Part shown: one piece after another, positions 50,105 through 60,038 of the stretch
Layout of the letters: each line of letters opens with the position of its first letter
Position numbering within the stretch: the stretch's first letter is position 1
DNA from: Candidatus Nezhaarchaeales archaeon
Lineage (GTDB): Archaea > Thermoproteota > Methanomethylicia > Nezhaarchaeales > WYZ-LMO8
DNA length: 64,000 bases
Assembly (NCBI GenBank): GCA_038887515.1
Contig: JAWAKK010000001.1
Span: 128,001 to 192,000 of the forward strand
Direction: 5' to 3'
Notes under the pieces: model-generated
What the model was told of the DNA's origin: nothing
The model's database searches: none
What the model saw: the letters and a program-made list of their open reading frames with translations, nothing else
Program-made: the position numbers and the translations under genes

Positions 50105-51166
50105 TTGAAGGTCGTTGCTTGGGACGAGAAGCATGGCAGGATGCTTCTAAGGATCGAAGGGCAAGACGACTTATGGTGTCTTTACAACGTTTTAAAGGTC
50201 GGGGATATCGTTACCTCGAAAACGCTACGAGAAGTAAAGGTTGGCGATAAGAGCTCCCGTAAACCTATGACTTTAAAGATCAGGGTAGAAAAAGTAGAGT
50301 ATCAACCTTTTACTGAGAGGCTTAGGATAAGGGGGATAGTAATCGAAGGCCCTGAAGAGTTCGGCGTTGTAGGCTCATACCATACAATAACCGTTGGCGA
50401 GGGATCCGAGATCCTAATAGAAAAGGAGTATTGGCCTAAACACGAACTGAACAGGATACTTAAAGCTACATCTAAAAAACTTTGTGACATCCTACTTATA
50501 GGAGTGGACTCCGACGAGGCAGCTCTAGTAATCCCTCACGATTATGGACTCGAACTGATTGCTGAAATACAATTAGCCCTGCCAGGGAAGCACGATCTCT
50601 CGAAGAGGGAGGAGGTTATTAAAAGCACGATCCGTGAACTAACGGAGAAGGCAAAAGAGCTAATCGATAGGTTCGGTATAAGAGCGGCGGTAGTAGTTGG
50701 GCCAGGCTTTATAAAGGAAGACCTTGCTAAAGAAATTGCATCGAGCACAAACATTAAGATATACACGGAACCCGCATCGACCGGTGGTCTTCAAGGAATT
50801 AAAGAAGCCATCAAGAGAGGAGCTTTAAAAAGAGTATTAAAAGACTTCAGTATAATTGAAGAAGCAGAACTCATAGACGAGTTCCTGTCACGCGTATCCA
50901 AGAATGATGGTAAAGCGGTCTACGGACTTGAAGATGTAAAGAGGGCATCTGAATATTGTGCAGTAGATAAGCTACTAGTGTTAGACGAATTGATAAGGTC
51001 ATCAGACTTAGAACTTAGGAGCGAAGTAGAGAAAGTTATAGAAAAGGCCGAAAAGTGCGGAGCGCGAGTAAAGATTTTTAGTGTTTTTGAGGAGCCTGGT
51101 CAACAACTTAAGTCGTTAGGCGGGTTAGCTGCTATCTTACGCTTTAGAATAGAAGACTTTGAATAG
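50105..51166 (+). CDS. pelA: Pelota / Dom34 ribosome rescue factor
   Basis: DDLW.L, RLRIRG, GSYHT, GPGF.K, YGLEDV, QLKSLGGLAAILRF. Confidence 0.95.
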   Translation: MKVVAWDEKHGRMLLRIEGQDDLWCLYNVLKVGDIVTSKTLREVKVGDKSSRKPMTLKIRVEKVEYQPFTERLRIRGIVIEGPEEFGVVGSYHTITVGEGSEILIEKEYWPKHELNRILKATSKKLCDILLIGVDSDEAALVIPHDYGLELIAEIQLALPGKHDLSKREEVIKSTIRELTEKAKELIDRFGIRAAVVVGPGFIKEDLAKEIASSTNIKIYTEPASTGGLQGIKEAIKRGALKRVLKDFSIIEEAELIDEFLSRVSKNDGKAVYGLEDVKRASEYCAVDKLLVLDELIRSSDLELRSEVEKVIEKAEKCGARVKIFSVFEEPGQQLKSLGGLAAILRFRIEDFE

Positions 51167-51217
51167 TAAAGCGTAAATTTAGCAGTGATAATTAGCCAAG
51201 CTTGAGGAGAAACCTCG

Positions 51218-51340
51218 ATGTCGAGCAAGCAGAAAACAAGAAAGTCCAAGCTTAGCTTCGGACAGATAATCTCAATAATACTTCTCGTGAGTCTCGTGAT
51301 CTCTACTTTATCTTATTTGATAATATCGTTACTGATGTAA
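51218..51340 (+). CDS. 40-aa single-pass membrane microprotein (not in ORF track)
   Basis: GAGGAG RBS at 51204-51209; MSSKQKTRKSKLSFGQIISIILLVSLVISTLSYLIISLLM*. Confidence 0.65.
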   Translation: MSSKQKTRKSKLSFGQIISIILLVSLVISTLSYLIISLLM

Positions 51341-51350
51341 TTGACATGAC

Positions 51351-51364
51351 GCGAAACATTTTAA
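51351..51364 (+). promoter_or_regulatory. BRE/TATA of rps25e
   Basis: gcgaaacattttaa. Confidence 0.55.
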
Positions 51365-51399
51365 CGACCCCTTATGAAAACCTTAAGGGGGAGTAAGCG

Positions 51400-51741
51400 T
51401 TGGGCGGAAAGACCAAGAAGTCTATATCTGCTATGGAAAAGCAACAAAAGCTTCGAGAAATAAAGGAGAAGACGAAGGAGAAGAAAGGAAAGGAGAAAGA
51501 AGAGAAAAAAGAAAAGAAGATTTCAAGCCCCCTCATACCTCTGGAGGTCGTCAAACAACTTGAGAACGAGCTAAACAACATGAAGTGCATAACTCCATAT
51601 ACTCTTTCGTCGAAGTTTGGATTAAAGATAGGCGTAGCCAAGAGCGTGCTAAGAGAACTTGAACATAAAGGCATCCTAAAATGCGTAGCCAGGGGTTCAA
51701 GGGTCTCGGTGTATACTCCTGTTAACTTCACTTCTAGTTAA
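51400..51741 (+). CDS. rps25e: 30S ribosomal protein S25e
   Basis: MGGK.KK N-terminus, ITPYTLSSKFGLKIGVAK..LREL...G. Confidence 0.93.
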   Translation: MGGKTKKSISAMEKQQKLREIKEKTKEKKGKEKEEKKEKKISSPLIPLEVVKQLENELNNMKCITPYTLSSKFGLKIGVAKSVLRELEHKGILKCVARGSRVSVYTPVNFTSS

Positions 51742-52286
51742 ATTAGCCCTGCGAGAGAAGTCTTCTTAATCCTCGGTAGCTCAACCTTTAAGTTTACAAC
51801 GCCGCTAGCAGTTAGTTCTACAATGCCTAAGTCTAAAAGCTTAGCTAAAACGTTACTAGGGTTCTGCACCCCCATTCTCTTTAAGTCTAACATAAACCTT
51901 ATCTCTCCTACACTCCAATATTCGCCTAAGTACGCTAAGGCTTTCCTTAAATCCTCGTCAAGTCTCTCGACGTCTATGTCGAGCTTAGGCTTTTCTGAGA
52001 CCTTTACCTCTTTAACCTCTTTCTCCTCCTCTTTAACGGCTTCCGGCAAAGCTACAATTTTAGGCACTCGCCACATCATTAACTCGGGTAGCTCATCATA
52101 GCCTTCTAGCACTATGAGCTCTCCTCGGTCTATAAGGTCCTTTACGATGGCGTAAAGGACAAATGGTGAGCCTATCTCGGTAGTCTCTGCCCACTTTGCA
52201 AGTTCCCTGAAGGATACTTTGTTCTTCTCCTCTCTGATTTTCGCCTTAACCATTTCGGCTAAGGATGTAAAATTATCGTTCAACAA
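51738..52286 (-). CDS. Hypothetical protein, possible tandem winged-helix
   Basis: Two wH-like segments joined by a charged linker; co-oriented behind the purP genes. Confidence 0.6.
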   Translation of the reverse strand: MLNDNFTSLAEMVKAKIREEKNKVSFRELAKWAETTEIGSPFVLYAIVKDLIDRGELIVLEGYDELPELMMWRVPKIVALPEAVKEEEKEVKEVKVSEKPKLDIDVERLDEDLRKALAYLGEYWSVGEIRFMLDLKRMGVQNPSNVLAKLLDLGIVELTASGVVNLKVELPRIKKTSLAGLI

Positions 52287-52296
52287 TTATCGCCCT

Positions 52297-53334
52297 TCAA
52301 GTTATGAGTAAGTCGAGCTTTCCTTCTTCGCAAGCCATTTTAATCTCTCTAGCGATCCTCCTTCCCATACTCATGGGCTCATCATAGGTAAGCCACGTGT
52401 AAGGCGAGCCGTGTATATATAGATTGGTTCCAGCCACGATCCTAGCCGAAAACTCGAAGACGTAGAAGTTTCCATAACCGTCGTATGAACCTTCAATGCA
52501 GAAAGGACCCACAAAACCTGGAGGGACCAATCTTTTCGATGCTTTAACTAGCCCTTCGCCTATCATGAACATCTCTTCAAGCAACGACTCTCTAAGTACT
52601 ATCGGTATGTTGCCCACGACTAAGAATGAAAGTTCAGGCTTTGTTTCTAACTGAAGCTCCGCTGGGAGTCTTCCAAGCCCGTCGGTGTTAGTCTCGTACC
52701 TTCTATCCATGCCGATAAGTTCAAGTTCGTCGGTTAATGGAGAATAAAAGAAGTGTACGTAGGCGGTGACGCCTAATATGTACTTTTGAATAAATACTTG
52801 GCTTTCGCTTAACCCTAACATCTTGATTTTCTCTCTTATCTCATCCGGTTTTGATGCGAGGAAGTAGCCTCTACCACCCTTAGCTCCCGGCAACTTAACT
52901 ATTACTGTACTATCAACATCATCGATATTTGAATAAGTCTTAGGTGTTTTAGCTCCGGCTTCGCGAATAAGCCTCTCTTTTAGCTCTCTGTCTGCCTCCC
53001 ACCTTAAGATGTACTTGTTGCCAAATATGGGGGCTTTGAACTTCTTCTCTATGGTTTCGAGGTCTACATACTCTACTAGTGAACCGTGAGGTACGAGGAT
53101 AGCGTTGAGCTCTAAGAGCTTATCCTGTACTTTTGGTAAAGCTGTCTCTGAAAAGTTTTCAACTATTATCATTTCGTCTATAAGCCTTTTAAACCGAGAA
53201 TATAGGCTTAGCCTGCTTTTAAGACATATTAAGGCCGTTTTGAAGCCTTCGTCTCTAGCCCCTTTAAGTATTTGCAGGGCCGAATGGGATCCCAGAGTTG
53301 CTATAGTAATATTCGACTCTTTCAAGGAAGTCAC
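52297..53334 (-). CDS. purP: FAICAR synthetase PurP (canonical-type)
   Basis: GSHSALQI, PHGS, GAKGGRGYF, DRRYE, FEFSARIVAGTN. Confidence 0.93.
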   Translation of the reverse strand: MTSLKESNITIATLGSHSALQILKGARDEGFKTALICLKSRLSLYSRFKRLIDEMIIVENFSETALPKVQDKLLELNAILVPHGSLVEYVDLETIEKKFKAPIFGNKYILRWEADRELKERLIREAGAKTPKTYSNIDDVDSTVIVKLPGAKGGRGYFLASKPDEIREKIKMLGLSESQVFIQKYILGVTAYVHFFYSPLTDELELIGMDRRYETNTDGLGRLPAELQLETKPELSFLVVGNIPIVLRESLLEEMFMIGEGLVKASKRLVPPGFVGPFCIEGSYDGYGNFYVFEFSARIVAGTNLYIHGSPYTWLTYDEPMSMGRRIAREIKMACEEGKLDLLIT

Positions 53335-53343
53335 CCAATAAGT

Positions 53344-54441
53344 CTACGTAACTATACAGGATAACCTGTTAAGGTTTACAGCCTTCTTGATCTCCATGGC
53401 TATTCTTCTGCCAGTCCCGACTACGAATCCATGCTTAAACTTGCTGTAGGGCGAGGTCGTTACGAGTACCGGGCTTCCTGGAACCCTGGGCGATACATCA
53501 AATATCACTATGTCTAAATCTACTGTGACCGCGCCCTGAAGAGCGAATGGGCCTATGATGCCTGGAGGGTACTCTTTCTTTGTGACTTCAACGAACCTTA
53601 ATCCTATTTCAAACACTTTTTCTAGTAGCGACTCTCTTATGGTTGCTGGCATGTGTCCCACCTCTATGTTCTGTAGAGGTATGTCGACGTCTAGTTGTTG
53701 ACGAGCGGGCATATTAACGAAGTCATACAAATTTGTTTGAAGCCTCCTATCAATGCCAAGGAACTCAAGCTCATCGTCTATTGGCGAGTAAAAGTAGTTA
53801 AAGTTGAAATAAGTTCCAATAACGAACTCTTCTATCACCGCGCACTTTAAGTCCTCCTCGGTTATAATTCCTTTTTCTATTCTTTCCTTAGCCTTGCGCC
53901 AAAAATCGTCGGGGTTCGAAGCCGTGAAGAAAGCCCTTTCAATTTTCCTCTTGGCCTCAGGGACTTTAACTATTACAAGTCTATCGATTTCTTCAGGGTC
54001 TTTAAACTTCTTAGGCTGTCTTATGTTCGCTTTTTCAAGTAGGTAGTACTGATTTCGGGGGGCCCATCTTTCCTCAGTTCTAAGCATCGCTCGGTTTCCA
54101 AAGATTGGTACGAAGAAACGTTCTTCTATGTCTTCGTAGGGTACGTAAGTAGTAAAGGCTCGATGGGGTATAAATACCGTATTTAACTCTCTCAGCTTCT
54201 CTTGAACATTAACATCAACTATCTGAGAAAACTTATCTAAGATTATAATTTCGTCGACTAGTCTCTTGTACATCAGATACGTTCTTTCTCTACCCTTCTG
54301 ACAAACGACTATAGTTCTAAAACCTTCATCTTTGGCTCCATCCATGACATCTAAAGCGGAGTGGCTCCCTAAAACCCCTACATGTATATTTTTTAAATCG
54401 TATTCTTCAACGATCTTTGATATCTCGCTTCTCGTTATCAC
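53344..54441 (-). CDS. purP: PurP-like paralog
   Basis: GSHSALDV, PHRAF, EAKRKIERAFF, DRRLQTN, DVSPRVPG; GTG 54441 after GGTGG. Confidence 0.88.
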   Translation of the reverse strand: MITRSEISKIVEEYDLKNIHVGVLGSHSALDVMDGAKDEGFRTIVVCQKGRERTYLMYKRLVDEIIILDKFSQIVDVNVQEKLRELNTVFIPHRAFTTYVPYEDIEERFFVPIFGNRAMLRTEERWAPRNQYYLLEKANIRQPKKFKDPEEIDRLVIVKVPEAKRKIERAFFTASNPDDFWRKAKERIEKGIITEEDLKCAVIEEFVIGTYFNFNYFYSPIDDELEFLGIDRRLQTNLYDFVNMPARQQLDVDIPLQNIEVGHMPATIRESLLEKVFEIGLRFVEVTKKEYPPGIIGPFALQGAVTVDLDIVIFDVSPRVPGSPVLVTTSPYSKFKHGFVVGTGRRIAMEIKKAVNLNRLSCIVT

Positions 54442-54596
54442 TTGAGCCACCAAGGTAACATAAATTACCCTCACTTGATAAATTTTAGCGTTTATATTAG
54501 CTCTTGACGAAGAAAGAACAAAGAACCCCGTCAATCCATATCAAAAATTAAAGTATTTTAATCAATAAGGCGTATAACCTCTTATCGTGACCCGAG

Positions 54597-55205
54597 TTGA
54601 GCGTAGCAATCGAGATCCTACATCAATACTTTACGGCTTTTACCATGTTGTTTGTAGTATTCGATGCCGTTGGGAATGTCCCCATTTTTTACGCCCTAAC
54701 TGAAGGACTTGAAATTAAAGAACGAAGAAAGACCATTCAGAATTCAGTCATTATAGCTGGAGTCATATTGTTGTTCTTCTCGCTCGGCGGAAAGTTTCTC
54801 CTAAACTTCTTTCATGTAAGTCTTAATGATTTTAGAATAGCTGGAGGAATAATACTTCTCATAGTTGCCATCGAGGGTCTGCTCGGCAGAGTTGAAGCCA
54901 TGAAGATAAAGTCGGAGCAACTAGCCGTGGTACCGCTGGCTACCCCACTCCTTGCAGGTCCTGGAAGCATCTCGCTAGTAATATACATGATGGAAGCTGG
55001 TTATGGTATAGGACCGACAATAACGTCTATATTAGCTAATGTAGCGATAGCATGGGTCGTACTGACGTACTGTGACAAGTTCTTTAAGGTTCTCGGTAAA
55101 AATGGTTCTCTAGTAATATCTAGAATCATGGCCCTAATATTAGCAGCTATAGCGATAGCAATGATAAGAGAAGGGATCATAGGGGCTCTAGCTAGCCAGT
55201 CTTGA
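54597..55205 (+). CDS. marC: MarC-family membrane protein
   Basis: DAVGNVPIF, FRIAGGIILL, VPLATPLLAGPGSI. Confidence 0.92.
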   Translation: MSVAIEILHQYFTAFTMLFVVFDAVGNVPIFYALTEGLEIKERRKTIQNSVIIAGVILLFFSLGGKFLLNFFHVSLNDFRIAGGIILLIVAIEGLLGRVEAMKIKSEQLAVVPLATPLLAGPGSISLVIYMMEAGYGIGPTITSILANVAIAWVVLTYCDKFFKVLGKNGSLVISRIMALILAAIAIAMIREGIIGALASQS

Positions 55206-56259
55206 TCAACTTGTAGGTCCGCGAGCCTAGACCGAGACTTTCTGCATACTCTAACTGTTTTTCTCCACTAATACCATTAGCTTCAAAGAACGGGTTTCTT
55301 CCTCCAGCAACTTTCAGGACGAGGTCTAGGGATGCTTGATCGATAGCTACTGGGTCTACGCTTGATAGTAATCCAACATCGCTTACGAGGGGTGGCATTA
55401 AGCAACCAACGCAGTCGCACCTTGCAGTTACGTTAATTATGGCGTTAAGGTACAAGGGCTTACACTTTAGAGCTCTAAGCACCGCTAAAGCCGCATCCGC
55501 GAGTCTCATTTGCAACCTGTTGAGCCCTTGGCTTGGGATGCTCAACGCTTTATTGGGACACGTAAAGTAACATTCTAAACATCCTACGCAACTCTCGTAG
55601 TTTATTCTCGCTTTCCCTCCCTCCACATCTATAGCCTTGTACATACATTCCTTAACGCATAGGCCGCAACCAACACAAACCTCTTCTAACACTATAGGCA
55701 TGTGAGCTCTATGTTGAGCTGCTTTACCCTTCTTGGTCGTGCACCCCATAGCCAAATTTTTAATTGCTCCACCAAACCCGGTTAGTAAGTGGCCTTTGAA
55801 GTGGGAGAAAACTATTAATGAGTCAAGCTCTCTTAACACCTCAGCAACTTCTACTTCGCTAAGTTCGAGTCCATCAATCTTGACAGTAAAGCCGTTGTCG
55901 CCCTTAATGCCATCACCTATGACGATAGGAGCACCAAGGGACGAGTAGTTAAAGCCCTTCTTAGCGGCTAAGTTTAGATAGCTCACTCCATTATTTCTCG
56001 GACCTGAGTATAAGCTCGTAGTGTCGAATACTAATGGTTCACAACCTCTTTTCTTTATAAAGTCTACTACGTACCTAACAAATTCGGGTCTCAAATGAGT
56101 GATGTTTCCCTCTTCGCCCATGTGAATCTTGATTCCAACAATCCCTTTGAGGGGTTCCTCCTCCGAAACCCTCTCTAATAGCAGTTCTATGACCTCTTTA
56201 ATATTGAGGAATTCCTTGTCTTTAAAGTCGTAGAAGTATACTTTAGGGTCTTTTCTCAT
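55192..56259 (-). CDS. DUF362 Fe-S protein with 2x[4Fe-4S] ferredoxin domain
   Basis: KIHMGE, SHFKGH, FGGAIKNLAMG, two CxxCxxCxxxC, DPVAIDQA. Confidence 0.88.
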   Translation of the reverse strand: MRKDPKVYFYDFKDKEFLNIKEVIELLLERVSEEEPLKGIVGIKIHMGEEGNITHLRPEFVRYVVDFIKKRGCEPLVFDTTSLYSGPRNNGVSYLNLAAKKGFNYSSLGAPIVIGDGIKGDNGFTVKIDGLELSEVEVAEVLRELDSLIVFSHFKGHLLTGFGGAIKNLAMGCTTKKGKAAQHRAHMPIVLEEVCVGCGLCVKECMYKAIDVEGGKARINYESCVGCLECYFTCPNKALSIPSQGLNRLQMRLADAALAVLRALKCKPLYLNAIINVTARCDCVGCLMPPLVSDVGLLSSVDPVAIDQASLDLVLKVAGGRNPFFEANGISGEKQLEYAESLGLGSRTYKLIKTG

Positions 56260-56391
56260 TTTCTCACACTCTAAACCATAATTTTAAGGGGTAAACTCTA
56301 CCAATAAAGAGTTTAGTAAAAAAATAAACGCAACTACAGTTAAGTTAGGGCCCCCAATATCTAAATCATATATCAATGTCGACTCAGAAGG

Positions 56392-56586
56392 TTGTGGCTA
56401 GACATGAATTACGAAGAAAAGAAGAGGAGCATTAGATCAATAAGGTCTCAAATGAAGAAAGCTGTTTATGAGCTGAAAAATGCCCTAATTAATGGGTACG
56501 ATACTGCTGAAATAGAAGAGGAGCTCCTTAGGCTAGCGAAGTCTAAGTACGAGATATCTCAAAGAGTTAGATTTCGATCGTATTGA
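56392..56586 (+). CDS. Small helical hypothetical protein
   Basis: Coiled-coil-like ORF immediately upstream of the PHP gene. Confidence 0.5.
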   Translation: MWLDMNYEEKKRSIRSIRSQMKKAVYELKNALINGYDTAEIEEELLRLAKSKYEISQRVRFRSY

Positions 56587-56605
56587 CGTGTACGAATGAG
56601 GTAGT

Positions 56606-57262
56606 ATGGCGAGGGTCATGATAAGAGCCGACCTCCATGTTCATAGCTATAACTCTAAGGACTCCCTCTTGAAACCTCGTGATATCGTAAAGTCAGCAAT
56701 GAAAATAGGGGTTAACTGTATTGCAGTTACGGATCACGACACCGTTAAAGGTGGTCTTGAGCTAGTTAAAGAAGCAAGGTGCCTACATGACTTTATAGCA
56801 ATACCTGGAATAGAAATAAAAACTGAAGTAGGCGATGTAATTCTTCTATTCGTGAGGGAAGAAGTAAAGGCCAGGAAGTTCGATGAAGTCGTTGACTATG
56901 CGAAGAGCGTCAATGCCATAACGATACTTGCACATCCCTTTAGGAAACACGTTATGATTGAAAAGTCAGCGCTAAAAGTTCAAGCGATTGAGGTCTTGAA
57001 TGCCCGATGCGATAAGTATGCGAACTCTAAGGCCCGGTACTTAGCTATGAGACTGGGTAAACCTACAACTGCAGGGAGTGATGCTCATACGGCTTTTGAA
57101 ATAGGTAGAGCTGTGACTGTAATTGAAGGTTCATGTGAAGACGACGTTAGAGAAGGCATAATTAAAGGAAGGACGAGGATTTATGGTTCGGAGTCCAGTC
57201 CCATAGTCCACCTATTCAGCTTCACAAATAAGATCGTAAATAAATTGATGGGGAGGTACTGA
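56606..57262 (+). CDS. PHP-domain phosphoesterase
   Basis: DLHVHS, AVTDHD, GIE, AHPF, GSDAH. Confidence 0.92.
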   Translation: MARVMIRADLHVHSYNSKDSLLKPRDIVKSAMKIGVNCIAVTDHDTVKGGLELVKEARCLHDFIAIPGIEIKTEVGDVILLFVREEVKARKFDEVVDYAKSVNAITILAHPFRKHVMIEKSALKVQAIEVLNARCDKYANSKARYLAMRLGKPTTAGSDAHTAFEIGRAVTVIEGSCEDDVREGIIKGRTRIYGSESSPIVHLFSFTNKIVNKLMGRY

Positions 57263-57264
57263 AA

Positions 57265-57957
57265 CTACAATCCGATGTCGAGTTCCTGTCCAGGTATAAG
57301 AACCCTAACCTTAACCTCCGGAGCTACGATTCCGGCGGTGTACACGAATTCGTCCGCGCTTTTAACCAATGTGGGGAAGGTAGCATAGTGCATCGGTATA
57401 GCTAGTTTTGGCTTCAAGACTTAAAGTGCTAGGGCTGCTTCTTTAGGTCCCATGGTGTAGTGCCCTCCTATAGGTATCAACACTACATCGGGGTCGAACA
57501 CCTCTTTAATTGCTTGAAATTCTGATGTAAAGCCTGTGTCACCCATGTGGTATATCTTTAAACCATTAACATTTAATATCACGCCTACGGGCTCGCCGAT
57601 GCCACATGTATGAGTGGCTGGGACAAAGGCAACTTTAAATAGTCCGTTTACGTCGACGAATGACCCCATATTTAAAGCAAAAACTCTTAATCCCTTCCCT
57701 TCCATTGTTAAGACGAGCTCTGGGATGCCTATTACTATTGAGTTGAAGTTTTTAGCTATATGCTCTGCATCACCCATATGGTCGTAGTGATCGTGAGTTA
57801 CAACTATGAAGTCCACGCTCTCTAAATCCTCAATCCTTATGGGGGATACAGGGTTACCAGATATCCAAGGATCTATAAGGAGCCTTTTACCCTTGAACGC
57901 AAGCATGAAAGTTGCATGTCCAAGCCACTTGATCTTAACGATCACGATAACCACCAA
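57265..57957 (-). pseudogene. UPF0173/UlaG-like metallo-beta-lactamase hydrolase with an internal in-frame TAA
   Basis: WLGHA, THDHYDH, GDTG, PIGGHYTM, then EAALAL*VLKPKLAIPMHYATFP continuing in frame to TAG at 57265-57267. Confidence 0.8.
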
Positions 57958-57986
57958 AATTAATTTCTTGTTCTGGGTACAATATT

Positions 57987-58571
57987 TTATCTCCTTCTTA
58001 TGAAACCGATACTGGCCAACAAGTTCCCAAGAAAGTTCAAAGCAATAGCCGATATCAGCGAAAGTTCAAAGGTCGTTAATATGATCGAAAAGCCCGATGG
58101 AGTGATTACGGGGCTTCTACTGGCAGAAAGTACGAGTAGCGAAGCAGCGAAGAAAGTCACTATTACTGCGAATGCGAAGGAAGTAGCAGCACACCTGAAG
58201 AGGGCTATGTCGTACTTCCTGCCTAAATTAAAAAGCGCGGTCATCAGTAGACCGTAAGTTGCAATGCCGACTACGAAGGTTATTGATACAATAGGTGCAA
58301 GCCCCCTGCTCAAGTAATCGTAAAAAGGCCTATTAGGGGTTATAAACCAGAGTTGCCATAATATCGCACCAAGCAACAAGCTAAAGACTATAAGCGTGGG
58401 GCCCACGATGTACCTAAACTTACTTCTTGAAGACAACCACCCTAAACCAACAACCAACAGCCCTATACACGCAATCATTGGATGAGGGGCCGCCATAAAC
58501 ATGTGCCCTACGAATAGCATACGTTTAGATCTCTTGCTGAAGGACCTTTCAAAGTCCTCGCTACAACTCAA
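57987..58571 (-). CDS. Hypothetical multi-pass membrane protein
   Basis: About 5 hydrophobic segments. Confidence 0.6.
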   Translation of the reverse strand: MSCSEDFERSFSKRSKRMLFVGHMFMAAPHPMIACIGLLVVGLGWLSSRSKFRYIVGPTLIVFSLLLGAILWQLWFITPNRPFYDYLSRGLAPIVSITFVVGIATYGLLMTALFNLGRKYDIALFRCAATSFAFAVIVTFFAASLLVLSASRSPVITPSGFSIILTTFELSLISAIALNFLGNLLASIGFIRRR

Positions 58572-58689
58572 GACTATCAGCTCTTATCGGTATGTAGACT
58601 CTGATTTTATAATTATTAAAGCTATTCTTTCGTCCAACTCTCAACTATAATTTAAGGGACATGAAAAAATGAAGTTGTCCTCGTAATCG

Positions 58690-59916
58690 TTATTTATTTG
58701 TAGTCCAAATTACGAGGGCGTTCGAAGCACCCTTTGGAATCCAGTAGCCAACTATCTTAAGTCTGTACGTGTCCTCCAAGGTTTTAGCGACTTCTAGTAT
58801 CGCATACTCTTGAATTGCGTTTCCGGAGGAATCCAAAATTACTCGTCCGCCAACTCCATTAAAGAAGCAACCTGTAACATTAAATGCAGCCCTTACGGAT
58901 TTACCGCTATACTGACCAGAGTAAGCTACGCTTAGAGCTGTAAGAATTAACGAGTCAAAACCGTAAGCAGCCATTTCAGTAGGCATTGTACCATAAACTT
59001 TATTGTAGAGGTCTACGAAGCTTTGGAGTTGCAATCCTTCAACAGCCATACGTCTCGCTAAGACGTAGGAGCCCTCTAGGTAGTGGGCCACTTCATCTTT
59101 AAGTAGCTTCTCGCTAGCGAGAGTGCTCGATAGTACCCATTTGGTCGTGAGCCCAAGTCTATACGCACTACTTAATATTGTTCGTGCATCGTCAAGGTAC
59201 CCGACTAAAAACGAAACTGTGGGCTCTATTTCCCTTATTTTCATCAAATCGTTCGTTAAATTCGCAGGGGCTAGATCGTAAAGTACCTCGTATACTACAT
59301 GCCCCCCACGTGATCGGTAATATTCACTAATTACACTCGCAACTCTCTTTCCAAGCGAATCGTTAACAGCCACAATCGCAGCTTTAGTACCAATACTTAA
59401 AGCCACGTTAACCATTGCTAGAGCCTCGGAATCAGGGCTTCCAGAGAACTTAACTACCATCTCGTCTTTGTAGACTTCGTCGTCGTATACCTCTTTGGAG
59501 ACAAGTACTAGCAGTACATTATTTTCATGCAGCAATGGTAATATTGCCTTGACTTCAGAACTAGAGAGTACCCCTACCAGGACTTTAATACCCTTATTCA
59601 CAAGGTTCGTGGCTGCGCTCTTTGCTAAAGTTGGATCACCATTTGTCCTTTCAATTATGGTGGTGATGTTCCTTGCGGATACGCCACCACTATTGTTTAT
59701 CATGCTAGTTGCTAGCTGAATACCCCTTAATGCGTCTTCCGAGCCTGCTATGTTCGATATTAGGACGCCAATCTCTATGCTTGGAGGCAAAGCCTTGGCG
59801 TTCTCGAATCCTTGATGAAGACCAGAGTAATACCCACCGTAGGCTGATAGTATTGCTATTATTATGATTATTGCAATCCAAACACCTATGCCAATGCCCT
59901 TTGAAGATGCTTTCAA
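58690..59916 (-). CDS. Branched-chain amino acid (LivK-like) ABC substrate-binding protein
   Basis: N-terminal TM anchor, GIQLA..IN..GG, AAYGFDS, GVGG.V.LD..G. Confidence 0.82.
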   Translation of the reverse strand: MKASSKGIGIGVWIAIIIIIAILSAYGGYYSGLHQGFENAKALPPSIEIGVLISNIAGSEDALRGIQLATSMINNSGGVSARNITTIIERTNGDPTLAKSAATNLVNKGIKVLVGVLSSSEVKAILPLLHENNVLLVLVSKEVYDDEVYKDEMVVKFSGSPDSEALAMVNVALSIGTKAAIVAVNDSLGKRVASVISEYYRSRGGHVVYEVLYDLAPANLTNDLMKIREIEPTVSFLVGYLDDARTILSSAYRLGLTTKWVLSSTLASEKLLKDEVAHYLEGSYVLARRMAVEGLQLQSFVDLYNKVYGTMPTEMAAYGFDSLILTALSVAYSGQYSGKSVRAAFNVTGCFFNGVGGRVILDSSGNAIQEYAILEVAKTLEDTYRLKIVGYWIPKGASNALVIWTTNK

Positions 59917-60038
59917 ACGTTAAACCCCCTCAAGGTTCAGATACTGCTCGATAAATGGTTTTTAACTCTTATACTTTTCGTGTGAAGAGGCTTAAAAGTT
60001 ATATTGGCATTGAACACTTGAAGTAATGGTGTCCAAGT

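Noticed and set aside
51462-51520. Nearly pure purine tract
   Set aside because: Explained by Lys/Glu codons in the S25e N-terminal tail.
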